Source of the DNA: Octopus sinensis | Taxonomy: Eukaryota | Assembly (NCBI RefSeq): GCF_006345805.1 | Contig: NW_021825477.1 | Span: 1 to 15,437 of the forward strand | Length of the DNA stretch: 15,437 nt | Reading direction: 5' to 3' | Shown: positions 1 to 9,650 of the stretch, in pieces | How positions within the stretch are numbered: the stretch's first letter is position 1 | Layout: each line of letters starts with the position of its first letter | Program-made: the position numbers and the translations under genes | The notes under the pieces: generated by a model | Databases searched by the model: none | Seen by the model: the letters and a program-made list of their open reading frames with translations, nothing else | What the model was told of the DNA's origin: nothing

Positions 1-38
1 TCTATCTGTGTGCAGCCCTGTGTGGCTAATAAAGAAAC
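1..38 (+). mobile_element. Possible 3' tail of a SINE cut by the window edge
   Basis: Ends in ...gccctgtgtggctaataaagaaa followed directly by (TATC)n/(TC)n/(TA)n. Resembles SINE tails I recall from octopus; not verifiable here. Confidence 0.25.
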
Positions 39-65
39 ATATCTATCTATCTATCTGTCTATCTA

Positions 66-119
<54 letters not shown>

Positions 120-135
120 CATGCGTATATGTACA
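39..135. repeat. Compound microsatellite (TATC)n-(TC)n-(TA)n
   Basis: Directly visible simple repeats. Confidence 0.95.
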
Positions 136-374
136 TACTTACATCTATAAGTAATCGCATCAAGTGCGATTTTATTGAATAAATTTCCTCTTTAGTATTT
201 CAAGGTATTTGTATGAAATTTTGGTAAATATATTTGTTAAAATGAGATGTCAGCGTTATTTTCCGTTTTTCAGTGCTTCTCAAACTATCTGCTGTGGCAT
301 ACCGGCAGTTATTTTTTATCCAATGTGCCAGGGACAGGTAATATCTCTTAGCAATATCAATTTATTCCACCCTG

Positions 375-421
375 TATATGTGTGTGTGTTTATGTGTGTG
401 TTGTGTGTGTGTGTGTGTATG

Positions 422-492
<71 letters not shown>

Positions 493-500
493 ATAATATA
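375..500. repeat. Compound microsatellite (TG)n-(TA)n
   Basis: Directly visible; source of spurious YIYI/HTHT ORFs. Confidence 0.95.
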
Positions 501-749
501 ATAGTAAAAATATGTTACGAAAAGAAAATATAAATACACGTGGAAATGTAAGGGTAAAATATGAAAAATCAACGAAAATGCATATTGCAAATAGAAAAAG
601 GCTATTTATGACAGGTAACGACAAATATATACATTTAGATTGACTGAGGTAGTAATACGAGTCATAAAAGTCATTATTATGAGATGATTATAAGATAATA
701 ATAAAGTAAGAGAACAAAACGAACCAATGGTTTACGCAAAGCTATTCAT

Positions 750-1031
750 CAGCATGGCTCAGTGGTTAGAGCATCGAGCTTACGATTGTGAGGTTGTAAG
801 TACGAATCCCGGACCGGGCTGCGTGTTGTGTTCTTCAGCAAGACACTTTAATTCACGTTGCTCCAGTTCACTCAGCTGTAGAAATTATTTGCGACCTCAC
901 AGGTGCTAAGCTATATCGGCCTTTGCCTTTCCCTTGGATAACACTGGTGGCGTTGAAAGAGAAGAGCGGTATGCATGGGCGACTGCTGGTCTTCCATAAA
1001 CAACCTTGCCGGGACTTGTGCCTGGAAGGGG
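750..1031 (+). mobile_element. tRNA-derived SINE, 3'-truncated
   Basis: Pol III A box TGGCTCAGTGG (755-765) and B-box-like GTACGAATCCC (800-810), followed by gtgttcttcagcaagacacttt, a conserved-core-like SINE motif. Confidence 0.8.
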
Positions 1032-1119
1032 GCAAAGATATATGAGCATATATATAAGTGAACAGGTGTATTGTAAATGCATAAGCGAAAACACACAGAA
1101 TGGCAAGTTAACAAGCATG

Positions 1120-1178
1120 TATTAAAATGCATAGAGGAACGGAAAACATATATTAAATGCATAGGTGAACGGAAAACT
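1120..1178. repeat. Short tandem duplication, about 30-bp unit x2
   Basis: tattaaaatgcatagaggaacggaaaac followed by tattaaatgcataggtgaacggaaaac. Confidence 0.75.
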
Positions 1179-1242
1179 GACAAACATCTCTAATTCCTCA
1201 CCAGAGGGTAGTTATGAATTTTCGTGCCTTATACACTGCATA

Positions 1243-1724
1243 TATATTTAGGGCTAAAAACCACTATGTGGACAGCCATATGCTAGAAGTAGATCACATA
1301 CGATCAAAACTACAAAGAATGTTCTCTAGAGAAAATTCAGCGGACACCAGAACATAGGCGGCCAAGACAGATGAAAATTATATAAAAATCAAGAATTAAT
1401 CGTATACCGGTTTCGTCTATCAACGAATAAATTACTTACGTAATACTCTAACTGGTGGTTAGTTTTACAAATTATATTGCTTTTGGAACGATCGTACTGA
1501 CGAATCTACGGACGGAGGATTACGTAAGTAATTTGTTCGTTGATAGACGAAACCGGTATACGATTAATTCTTGATTTTTATATAATTTTCATCTGTCCTG
1601 CCCGCCTATGTTCTGGTGTCCGCTGAATTTTCTCTAGAGAACATTCTTTCTTTGTAGTTTTGATCGTATGTGATCTACTTCTAGCATATGGCTGTCCACA
1701 TAGAGGTTTTTAGCCCTAAATATA
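1243..1724 (+). mobile_element. Foldback element 1: about 202/206-bp inverted arms around a 74-bp spacer, hammerhead-containing (PLE-derived, inferred)
   Basis: Arms 1243-1444 and 1519-1724 are reverse complements with 4 substitutions and one 4-nt indel. An HHR motif spans the spacer/right-arm junction. Confidence 0.85.
1491..1564 (+). ncRNA. Type I hammerhead ribozyme motif (HHR-1)
   Basis: Stem I ATCGTA(1491-96)/TACGAT(1559-64); core CTGACGA (1497-1503); stem II TCTA/TAGA extended to ATTAC-GTAA-GTAAT; GAAA (1549-52); palindromic helix III ACCGGT; GUA cleavage triplet (after 1558). Only deviation is A.C at 10.1-11.1. Confidence 0.85.
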
Positions 1725-1830
1725 CACATGTATTGGAATTTTCTCTGATTTTTCAGATTTTTATATGCTAGGCTACTAGTTTTAAATTAATATTAATTAA
1801 ATTAATATTCAATTTATCTCCCTCATTATT

Positions 1831-2295
1831 TAAATATATATATAATATATATATATATATAATACATATACATATATATATATATTATGTATATATGTAA
1901 GTATGTATGCGTGCATGTATGTATGTATGTATGTATGTATGTATGCATGTATGTATGTAACAAAAGTAAAGTTGTAAGATACCGCACACTCACGTACATA
2001 CACTAACATCCCCACCAACACAAAACACACAAACATACTCAAGCACACATACAGATGCGCACACACAACACCCTAACAAATATCAATCATACACATACAC
2101 GCAAACACAAACGTGCACACATATACACACACCATCCTACTAAATATAAAATACACACAGACCCATATACACACGTCACAATACACCCTGGGACCAATCA
2201 AAAATGGCCCCCACACACAAACACAAACACATGTATATACACACACACCACACACATAGAGACGTGCACAGTGACACACACACACACACTCACAC
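1831..2295. repeat. (TA)n/(TATG)n microsatellites and degenerate CA-rich low-complexity tract
   Basis: Directly visible. Confidence 0.9.
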
Positions 2296-2756
2296 CATTC
2301 TGACCTCTGAGATCAGTCCCAAAAAATCACAGAACCATGACAGACTAGCCCCAAAACAAAAAACTCCTTTTAATTCCACATTGCTCTTCCTTCCCCCACC
2401 CCAACCAACCTCTCACACTGTCCCTTAAAATAGCAAGCATTCCTTAGCTACACACAAGACAGAAAAATGCCAAAAAGACAGGTCGGTTCCTCTCCAATTA
2501 TTTGTAAATTCTTAAATATAGCTCCTTCTATGTATATATATATATGCTATCTAACAAACATGATTTTTATTGAACTCTTAATACTTTTTGTTGAATACTT
2601 TCTTAAATACTTTCTTGTAAACTGTTTTTAACATTTTCTTATTACTATCAAAGAATGTATATATGTATTTTAATACGTTTGACAATCTTTTTCTAAAACA
2701 GTGAAAGCAGTCAAGTGAATAAACATCTTTAAAATTGCATTTTCAAACCTTCTCTC

Positions 2757-2792
2757 ATATATATATATGTATGTGTGTTTGTGTGTGTGTGT

Positions 2793-2845
<53 letters not shown>
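2757..2845. repeat. (TA)n-(TG)n-(TATG)n microsatellite
   Basis: Directly visible. Confidence 0.9.
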
Positions 2846-2848
<3 letters not shown>

Positions 2849-3918
2849 CAATATCGGTAAGTGTTTTGCCAGTTCATACGCAGGCTGCGATTTATAGGCT
2901 TCAGATGAAATTTTCATCGTCAATATGCCTGGTGTAAAAATATTTAGAAGTCATAGGCATGCGAGATAACTCACGCCAGGTCCCGTTAGAGAAGTCGTAG
3001 ACATTAATGTATCGTCATCTTTGTGACGCGCGATTGGTATTGATATGTTACATATACATGTGTGTGTGTGTGTGTGTGTGTATCACATATATACGAATGT
3101 ATGTATGCAAAATTACAAACATCACACAAACAAACACACACACATGCATACACACACATATCTATATATGGTTCTTCACTTATTTCCTCGCCAAAAATAT
3201 CTAAAAATGTGATTATTACATCATTACGTTAGAAATGTGAACATTCTAACATGTTTATTCATGTAAATGATAAACAGGGGTTGCATTTTCGAACAAACCT
3301 GTCGTTGTATTGTCCTTTTAATGTGCTTTGCATGTCAGAAATGTTCAGGATATAAGTTACGTTTATATAAGTTGCATTTCCACGCAAGTCAACTGTCCTT
3401 AATTATGCACTCGAACGTTCGCTTTGACAATCTTACACGAAATTGCCAAAGAAAGAAAAGTGCGTTAAAAATTGCAGTGGGACAGGGAATCAAACAGTTT
3501 TTCTGTCGGACAGGTGTAGCAAAACATTTCTTTGTCCCCAAAAGCTATCTATACAATGTTGTAGTCTGTTCTTTTCTCTTCATTTCCAATTTCATTTCGA
3601 AAATTGTCTGGTGATTGCAACTGTATGAGCCATCTTGTAAGTCAAACGATTTTTGAAGGAAACAACAACAAAAAGTTTATTATACAAAGTGACATAGGTG
3701 CAACTAAAACCATATGGATGTGACAATTAAACTAGAGTACTTGGAATGAATAATGATGTCACCCACCTCATAAATAGCTGTCTGAAAATGTCATCACAAT
3801 GCTCTATGTGTATAAGGTATGATATTGTGGTCAAAATTCTATGCAATGTAATCCATATAATTGAAAGTGCTACTGATAAAAACATAAAATGTTATTGTGA
3901 TGCAGAGAATATACTTAC

Positions 3919-3962
3919 CGATATTATGAATGAATTCTTGTGGGATGTTCCTATCAAAATCA
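3919..3962 (-). other. Candidate 44-nt micro-exon (DFDRNIPQEFIHNI)
   Basis: Minus strand: cctaac branch-like motif, gacttcag acceptor, open frame, strong donor G|GTAAGTAT. No partner exons or homology identified. Confidence 0.25.
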
Positions 3963-3996
3963 CTGAAGTCGTTAGGAAGTAACATTGTGTGATTAC

Positions 3997-4275
3997 ATTA
4001 AGAAACTCGTTGGGCAAGGCCGGGATAATGTGAGATGAGATATAAAGTAAACTACAAAAAGAAAATTGAACAAAGTTGGAGTTACTGTCCTCCCTCAATC
4101 ATCTGAACAGTGACTTTTTCTCTCTTTCAATTGTCCACATGTCCTGAAGAAGGGCTCATAACCCCGAAATATAAAGGTATATGATAGAACTCCAATTTTG
4201 CCCTGTTTTCTTTTCATAATTTACATTATATCTCATCTCGCATTGTTCCCACCTTACCGATCAAGTTTCCTTAAT
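3997..4275 (+). mobile_element. Foldback element 2: about 90-bp diverged inverted arms with a hammerhead-like motif in the spacer
   Basis: 3997-4083 versus reverse complement of 4188-4275 align at roughly 75-80% (shared gagatgagatataa, aaaaagaaaa, ttggagtt). The spacer holds CTGAAGA-A-GGG...CCC-GAAA. Confidence 0.75.
4137..4180 (+). ncRNA. Degenerate minimal hammerhead motif (HHR-2)
   Basis: CTGAAGA (4144-50), extra A, stem II GGG/CCC, GAAA (4166-69), palindromic ATAT helix III, AUA triplet. Stem I pairs poorly. Confidence 0.55.
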
Positions 4276-4628
4276 AAGTATAACTGTGCAGACATAATGA
4301 ACTGGACCAGAGAAAGAAGTAAGTATGTACTCAGTAGTAGAGATCAGTTATCCAGTATACGTTAAAGATGAAATAACAAGGAAACAAATATCTACGGATC
4401 CAAGGAGAATTCTGCAGATACAACACCCGTACAAAATTTTTTAGAATTATACCGTGATTATTGAAGTATCTGGTTATGTATCAGCACCCTTAAGAAACTG
4501 TGCTTTACAAAACCAGAAAGAGTATATCTAAATGTAAAATTGCTATTATAAGTCATTCATAGAACTATGAAAATGTTTCGTGCAGACTAAAACTATATCT
4601 GTACAGTCAAAACACATAGAAGCACATA

Positions 4629-5606
4629 ATGCTTTATGATTACAAAAAAAGAAATTCTGCAGCCGAAGTGACTCGAAACATACACTCAGTTTGTGGGAAA
4701 GAATTCTTCAATGAAAGAACCTGCAGAAGATGGTTTGCAAAATTCAGAAGTGGAGATTTCAGCCTTGAAGATGAAGATCGAACAGGACGTCCAGTTGAGT
4801 TTGATGATAAGCTCCTTGAGATGTTACTTGAAGGAAATCCTTCATTATCAGTTGAAGAATTGGCAATAAAGCTTAGTTCAAATCATCTTCAACAACTTGG
4901 AATGGTTCCTAAACTTAGAAAATGGATGCCTCATGAATTGTCCGAAAGCAACCGCAAATCCCGAGTTGACATCTGCCCTTCTCTCCATTCTCGCGAACTC
5001 ATTTCACCCTTTTTGGATAGACTTGTGACTGGTGACGAAAAATGGATCTTCTATCAAAATGTTAAACGTCGTAAACAGTGGCTTGGTAAAAGGGAAAAAG
5101 CTCAACCACAACCGAGAAAGGAGCTTCATGGGAAAAAGGTTCTTCTCTCTATCTGATGTGATTGCAAAGGAGTAATTCACTTTGAATTGTTACCACCTAA
5201 TGCAACAATCAATGCCCAAGTCTACAGTCAGTTATCAGAGCGTTTGAACCATGCTTTGAAGAAAAAAAGACCCTCTTTAGTGAATCGAAAAGGATTGATG
5301 TTTCATCAGGACAATGCGTTACCCTACACTGAAAAGATCAAATCACAGAAGATTGAAGAGCATGATGAGGAAAAAAATTCCTCATCAACCTTATTCTCCC
5401 GACCTTGCTCCTTCTACAACCATTTTTTTCGTAGTTTACAGAATCATTTGTGGGATATAGTTTTCGCAATCTAGGAGGAGGTCGAAACTGACATTTCAGA
5501 GTTCTTCGCTTTGATACCAAAAGAGTTTTACATTGATGGGATTAAAAAGCTTGTAAATAGATGGAAGGAAGTCATAGATAATCAGGAAAAGCACATTGAT
5601 GATTAA
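4629..5606 (+). pseudogene. Mariner (IS630-Tc1-mariner) transposase pseudogene
   Basis: HTH region, WMPHEL (WVPHEL motif), VTGDEKW, HQDNA, and YSPDLAPS in a shifted frame. In-frame stops at 5154-5156 and 5472-5474; compensating frameshifts about 5375-5415; ends GAT GAT TAA at 5606. Confidence 0.95.
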
Positions 5607-5653
5607 ATTTCAATTAAATATAACATTTGATTACTAATTTTCTTTATTCAAAA

Positions 5654-5683
5654 TTCGAACAGAACTTACGGGATGACCTGATA
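5654..5683 (+). repeat. Mariner 3' terminal inverted repeat followed by TA
   Basis: ttcgaacagaacttacgggatgacctga|TA; reverse complement TA|TCAGGTCATCCCGTAAG resembles mariner termini. No convincing 5' partner found. Confidence 0.7.
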
Positions 5684-5689
5684 TATATA

Positions 5690-5984
5690 TATTTATATAT
5701 AATTGGTGAATTGAAGAAATGGAGCTGAACGAAGATTGAACAGAAATCGTTTTATTTCATTCTACACGTGTTTCGAAAGGCACAATTTACCAAAATCCGA
5801 TTGATAATGAGACCATATTGTGTCTTTCTCTCTTCAGGAAGAATAGGAAATCCGTTGGAAAAAAAAAAAACAGAACAGAGGCGGAGCAAAACAAATCGAA
5901 CTAGGCTCCTGTGATTTTTGCTACCAAGGTATCGGTTAAACTTTTGATTAATCTACTACAAGATTATTCATCTTTCTATTTCAC

Positions 5985-5986
<2 letters not shown>
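5690..5986 (-). mobile_element. Short hammerhead-bearing element (PLE terminal-repeat-like) between two (TA)n tracts
   Basis: On the minus strand: pyrimidine-rich run, then an HHR, then a T-rich tail ending at (TA)n. Same layout as the 3' end of the PLE at 11157-12273. Confidence 0.55.
5756..5843 (-). ncRNA. Type I hammerhead ribozyme motif (HHR-3)
   Basis: Minus strand: TTCTTC-CTGAAGA-GA-GAAAGACACAAT...ATTGTGCCTTTC-GAAA-CACGTG-TA-GAATGAA. 12-bp stem II with one mismatch, palindromic ACACGTGT helix III, GUA triplet, 6-bp stem I with one bulge. Confidence 0.8.
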
Positions 5987-6020
<34 letters not shown>

Positions 6021-6040
6021 GTTGTGTGTGTGTGTGTGCA
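5987..6040. repeat. (TA)n-(TG)n microsatellite
   Basis: Directly visible. Confidence 0.9.
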
Positions 6041-6177
6041 TCAAGTCAGACAGAATGAAAGTCAATAACTCTTAGTCTCTAAACACTCATGCAGACATGT
6101 ATATGTTTATATGAGTGTCATTTACTCACATGTATGTCCACATGGGAATAATATACAGCTATAAAATATGTAATATG

Positions 6178-6252
6178 CTACGAAGATACTATGAAGTGTA
6201 TTGAACCTGCGACCCCGCGGTTGGTGGGCGAAGTCTTTACCCATTTGCTCAT
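6178..6252 (-). mobile_element. tRNA-like SINE head (degenerate)
   Basis: Minus strand gagcaaatgggtaa (A-box-like) ... ggtcgcaggttcaatac (B-box-like) at tRNA-like spacing; no complete cloverleaf. Confidence 0.45.
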
Positions 6253-6458
6253 TTAACTATTTTAACTATATATACGTACGCCCATGTTTATCTCCATATA
6301 TCATCTATCCATTGTACAGATTGAGATTTTATTGCCGCGAAGATGGAAACACTTTTCTTTATAAAGCAAAAAGAAAAAAAGAAAAAGCAAACTAAAAAAA
6401 AAAAAAATTAACTGAGACCCAGTGCATAGGAGAAGCGCAGCAGAAAATGGTAAAGAAG

Positions 6459-6459
6459 C

Positions 6460-6502
<43 letters not shown>

Positions 6503-6603
6503 GCACACACACACACACACACGCACACACATACGTATAATAGAAAGGCAACAGAAAATGGTAAAGAAGGTATATTCATATATATACATACACACACACA
6601 CAC

Positions 6604-6638
<35 letters not shown>

Positions 6639-6800
6639 TAATATATATATATAATATATATATACATATATATATATATACATATATATATATAACATAT
6701 ATATTATATATATATATATATAATATATATATATATATATAATATATATATAATATATATATATATATCTATATACACACATGTGAGTGTGTGTGTGTCT
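6459..6800. repeat. (CA)n and (TA)n microsatellite block
   Basis: Directly visible. Confidence 0.95.
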
Positions 6801-6956
6801 AAGAATGTTTTTCTTATATCCGCCATTTCTTCCAGCACACCTCCAACGCTGATATTTTTCGAAGAATGTATTTATGGTTGCTCTCTAGTGTTAAAACCAA
6901 GACATAGGAATCAGCAAACATCCTACTGAGCATTAGATATACCGATAACCCATTCT

Positions 6957-7030
6957 ATTGTTCTTGTTGTTACTGTTACTGTTGTTGTTGTTGTTGCTGC
7001 TGCTACTGCTGGTAGTAGTAGCAGTAGAAG
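6957..7030. repeat. Degenerate trinucleotide repeat (GTT/GCT/GTA)n
   Basis: Directly visible; source of the poly-L ORF. Confidence 0.9.
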
Positions 7031-7299
7031 TGTTGAAGTCGATATTTTTGTTGCTGTTGTTATCATTCGTATTCTCTTTTCATTTCTTTATTTTTTTCTT
7101 TTTTCATTTTTGCTCTGTGTTGTTGCTACTTGTGAGACATAGAGGTTATCACATCTGAGAAAGGCATGTTATACGACCGTTGTTTTGAGGCTGGCGTTTA
7201 ATATATCTATTAGATCTACTTAAACTGTTATTAGAAGAGTCAGAGATGACATTTAGCAGATAGATTCCTACCCACTGTATCTATCTTTCCCGAATGCGC

Positions 7300-7509
7300 T
7301 TATGTATATATGTGTATGATTAAATATGCATACACATACAGTCACACACACGCACACTCACATATATAAATACATATATATGCATAATAATGCGCGTGCG
7401 TTTATATACGCAGATGCAATATATATGTATATATGTGTGTGTGTATATATATATAATATTATATATATATGTGTGTGTGTGTGTGTATGTATATGTATAT
7501 ATAGACATA

Positions 7510-7560
<51 letters not shown>

Positions 7561-7807
7561 GCATGCATACATATATATATTTATATGTACACATGAATAC
7601 ATACACAAACACGCGCATGTGCACGCATGCCCCCCACACATACCTACACATATATATGTATATGCATTTACATACATATACGTATATACTTATATGCATT
7701 TACATACATATACGTATATACTTATATGCATCTGTGTGTGTATGTGTGTGTGTGAGTGTGTGTGTGTGAGTGTGTGTGTGTGTGTGTCTGTGTGTGTGTG
7801 TGTGTGT
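7300..7807. repeat. Long compound (CA)/(TA)/(TG) microsatellite region
   Basis: Directly visible. Confidence 0.95.
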
Positions 7808-9045
7808 AGCTTATGGCTGTCTGAGATTCGATGATGAATTTCTCCGTCTTCATTTCTATCCTTTGCTTGATGAATACGTACATGCGATACAAGGCAAATA
7901 CGCAAAGTATAGATTCGAGGTCAAATCGGATGCGGATGAAAAACTTATCCTGTGATTGAATTTGGCAATGGTGACGTGCCATCTTCGTTCACCCTGCTGT
8001 ATAGTTCATTCCGATTTAAACTGTTGCTTCCCATTATATGTAACAATTTCAACAAACTTACGTATCAGTAGCGAGTCCGTTGAGAATTGCACATGTAACG
8101 AAAATGCGCTCCAGTTGGTTTTCCCAATTTTTCTTAGAGCCCCTGTGTTCATGAGAGTCATGTATTAGTTCACCCATCGAGCAAGCACCATTCTTGACAG
8201 ATGGGATTTCTTGATACAGATTGGGTATTTGGTCCACCGGAGAATGTACTGATGAATCGCGTGCTCTTGGAAGTTTCAGCATGAGGGATTGTCTTATCCT
8301 TAGAGAGTTCAAATACACATTCCAAACAGCGCATGTAGGATGTTTCTATTATCCTGATCTGCTTAAGGCGGCAAGCCGACAGAATCATTTGCATGATCGG
8401 GCAAAATGCTTAGTATCATTTTGTCCGTTTTTACGTTCAGAGTTCAAATTCCACTGAGGTCTATTTTGCTGTTCATCCTTTCGGGGACGATAAAACAGTT
8501 ATCAGTTGATCACTGGGGTCGATATAATCAACTCACCCCTACCCTAAAATTGCTGTTCTTGACCAATATTTCAAATCAATATTCTGATTTGCTTCTACAA
8601 GAGCGTCCACTTTTTGCACCAGTATAACATGGATGAATAACTGACAACGTTTTCGTGAAAAAAAGGTGAAGTTTCCGGTTCGAGATGACACGTTTCAAAA
8701 AGCGTCCAAACGTCGAATGGCTCTCTTTGATTGTTACAGATGATACTTCCAAGATTCAAAATATCATAGGTGTAGCCTAATTCTTGATTTTTAAGAAGAT
8801 TTGGATGATAATGTCTGAAAGGTGTTTGCAATGTAAGAGTCTTCTGAATATGTAACTCGTTACATCCCAAATCGGTTTTTTTCCCAACTATTGCCGAAAT
8901 ACAAATATTATACTGTTTGTGTTGCACTGAGATGAGGTGAGATGAGGAGCCGACTTGAAACTGAGGAAGTGCTCTTGAAGCTGTCATGGAAGGGTGGCTT
9001 AGAAATAGGATGCGAGCGATTTTTCTTTCTTTCTTGCAACATATA
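7808..9045 (+). pseudogene. Unidentified decayed coding-like region
   Basis: High-complexity, CpG-containing stretch with protein-like plus-strand segments broken by stops and frameshifts (LRFDDEFLRLHFYPLLDEYVHAIQGKYAKYRFEVKS; YPVIEFGNGDVPSSFTLLY; STEVYFAVHPFGDDK; ESSEYVTRYIPNRFFSQLLPKYKYY). No family recognised. Confidence 0.3.
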
Positions 9046-9516
9046 AAAGAGATACGCCACGGTTGTTACTGCAACATGTATTTTTGCAAACATGTATTTT
9101 TAAATTGTATCTTAAATTGTATCTTACCTAAGTGTATTGAAAAATGATAATAATATAAGATAACGTTAGACAATACAAAACTGCATTAGTTTTCAAATAT
9201 GGATATTTAGTTGCTGTAATACAGTTTACACTGACCAATCGACAGTGAAAGAAAAAGAAAAAGTCTTTGTCTTAATACTATATAGACAGACAATTTAACC
9301 AGACGATGAGAAATGATTGCGCAACAATGCAGCTCTGTCAGAGAATGTAATAATTGTTTTATTACTCCGCAGTTCAGGAAATTTTTTTTCTCAAAAAATA
9401 TTTTCATGTTTGTCCCAGTTTTCTCCGAATCACCTCGTTAAGATAGTGCTTTTGTGGCTATCGAGTGACGTATTTATTTCTGCCTTTAGGTTGTAAAATT
9501 GCAAATTAGCCACCCA

Positions 9517-9589
9517 TATTATATATATATATATATATATATACATATATATACATATATATAATATGTATATATATGTATATATATAT

Positions 9590-9643
<54 letters not shown>

Positions 9644-9650
9644 TATACAT
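9517..9650. repeat. (TA)n microsatellite
   Basis: Directly visible. Confidence 0.95.

Noticed and set aside
209-624. ORFs rich in [12 protein letters not shown] here and throughout the window (1830-2300, 6300-6780, 7320-7980, 9430-9672, 14978-15423)
   Set aside because: Translations of dinucleotide microsatellites; no coding evidence.
716-758. Minus-strand CTGATGA...GTAAA-CCATTGG-TT resembling a sixth hammerhead
   Set aside because: GAAA is interrupted, stem II is only 2 bp, and the CTG overlaps the first bases of the adjacent SINE, so it may be a chance junction.
750-815. Functional tRNA genes at SINE heads (also 6178-6252 and 14755-14820)
   Set aside because: A/B boxes are present but there is no intact cloverleaf, and each continues into SINE body or flanking sequence.
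1243-1724. Simple MITE interpretation of the long inverted repeat
   Set aside because: No unambiguous TSD or superfamily terminus, and a complete HHR straddles the arm boundary asymmetrically. Not fully excluded.
3746-3982. 78-aa ORF MNNDVTHL...
   Set aside because: Short, no recognisable motif, in-frame stop just upstream.
4289-4330. Plus-strand mini-exon (gtgcag...gaa|gtaagt)
   Set aside because: Weak polypyrimidine tract, no partner exons, and opposite strand to the other candidate.
4344-4500. Possible mariner 5' TIR remnants (atcagttatccagta; tatcagcacccttaag)
   Set aside because: Far more diverged than the rest of the element and need gaps; could be chance.
6422-6570. CRISPR-like repeat-spacer pattern
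   Set aside because: Only two repeats, the spacer is a microsatellite, and the context is eukaryotic with no cas genes.
8245-8280. CTGATGA string (also CTGAGGA near 8960)
   Set aside because: No stem II, GAAA or stem I in hammerhead geometry.
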